Assembly: GCF_004010195.1 (NCBI RefSeq)
Contig: NC_057711.1
Location: 125,298,042 to 125,362,041 of the forward strand
Reading direction: 5' to 3'
DNA length: 64,000 bases
DNA from: Chiloscyllium plagiosum
Taxonomy: Eukaryota
Shown here piece after piece: positions 63,394-64,000 of this stretch. Below the pieces are notes generated by a model that saw nothing but the letters and a program-made list of their open reading frames with translations, searched no databases and was not told where the DNA came from. Position 1 is the first letter of the stretch; every line of letters begins with the position of its first letter. The translations under genes were made by a program, and so were the position numbers.

Positions 63394-64000
63394 TGTGGCA
63401 GGGGGCTGGGAACCAGAAGAGAAAACAAGTAGGCAGTGAGGTGGAGACTGGATTCTGTAAGAATTATGTAGATAGCACTAATAAAGGGAAGAGTAGGCAG
63501 AGAGCATATGAGCATAAAAAAACTGGTGGCCTGAAATGCATGTACTTTAATGCAAGGAGTATAGTATGTAAGGCAGATGAACTTAGGGCTTGGATTGGTG
63601 CCTGGGAGCATGACATTATTGCAATCACAGGGACTTGGTTGAAGGAAGGGCATGATGATTGGCAACTAAATGTTCTAGGATATAGACACTTCAGACAGGA
63701 CAGGGAGGGAAGTAAAAGGGGGGTTGGAGTTGCATTGCTGGTCAGGGATGATATCATGGCTATGCTAAAGGAGCACACTATGGAGGTCTTGGATAGTGAA
63801 GCATTATGGGTGGAGCTGGGAAATAAGAAGGGCGCAGTCACATTGTTGGGGCTGTATTACAGGCCTCCCAACAGTGAGCATAAGGTAGAAGAACAAATAG
63901 GTAAACAGATTTGGAAAGATGTAGAGGCAATAGGGTAGTGGTAATGGGAGATTTTAATTTTCCCAACATTAACTGGGATACACTTAGCGTCAGAGGTCTG
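63394..64000 (+). pseudogene. CR1 ORF2 APE-type endonuclease start, running off the window
   Basis: CMYFNARSI...DIIAITGTWL...GVALLV...GLYYRPP, then a frameshift near 63910 into VVVMGDFNFPNINW. Confidence 0.92.

Noticed and set aside
1-64000. CRISPR array, operon or prokaryotic defence system
   Set aside because: The DNA is vertebrate-type, with no regularly spaced repeat-spacer array and no dense coding regions.

Overview
Repeat-rich eukaryotic DNA with no host protein-coding gene that I can recognise. The repeat families (HE1/V-SINE-type tRNA SINEs ending in (AATCT)n, HER1/CR1 LINEs, a Deu-domain SINE, Penelope elements) point to a cartilaginous fish, probably a shark; this is an inference. 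The window is probably intergenic or deep intronic. Most ORFs in the track are decayed transposon fragments, chance ORFs or read-throughs of three N gaps (12544-13092, 20509-21277, 43375-43845). Contents: many CR1, L2 and Tx1 LINE remnants, tRNA SINEs, two Penelope-like elements (PLEs) with inverted ends and hammerhead-ribozyme cores, TA-flanked Tigger/pogo MITEs, a Tigger derivative split by a young CR1, a PIF/Harbinger transposase relic, a solo LTR and a long degenerate palindrome near 56.1-56.7 kb. The most notable recurring pattern is a set of tiny (about 75-200 bp) PLE-end insertions, often fold-back, with 12-15 bp target-site duplications; some retain a minimal hammerhead core. Boundaries of old repeats were read by eye and are approximate (tens of bp).
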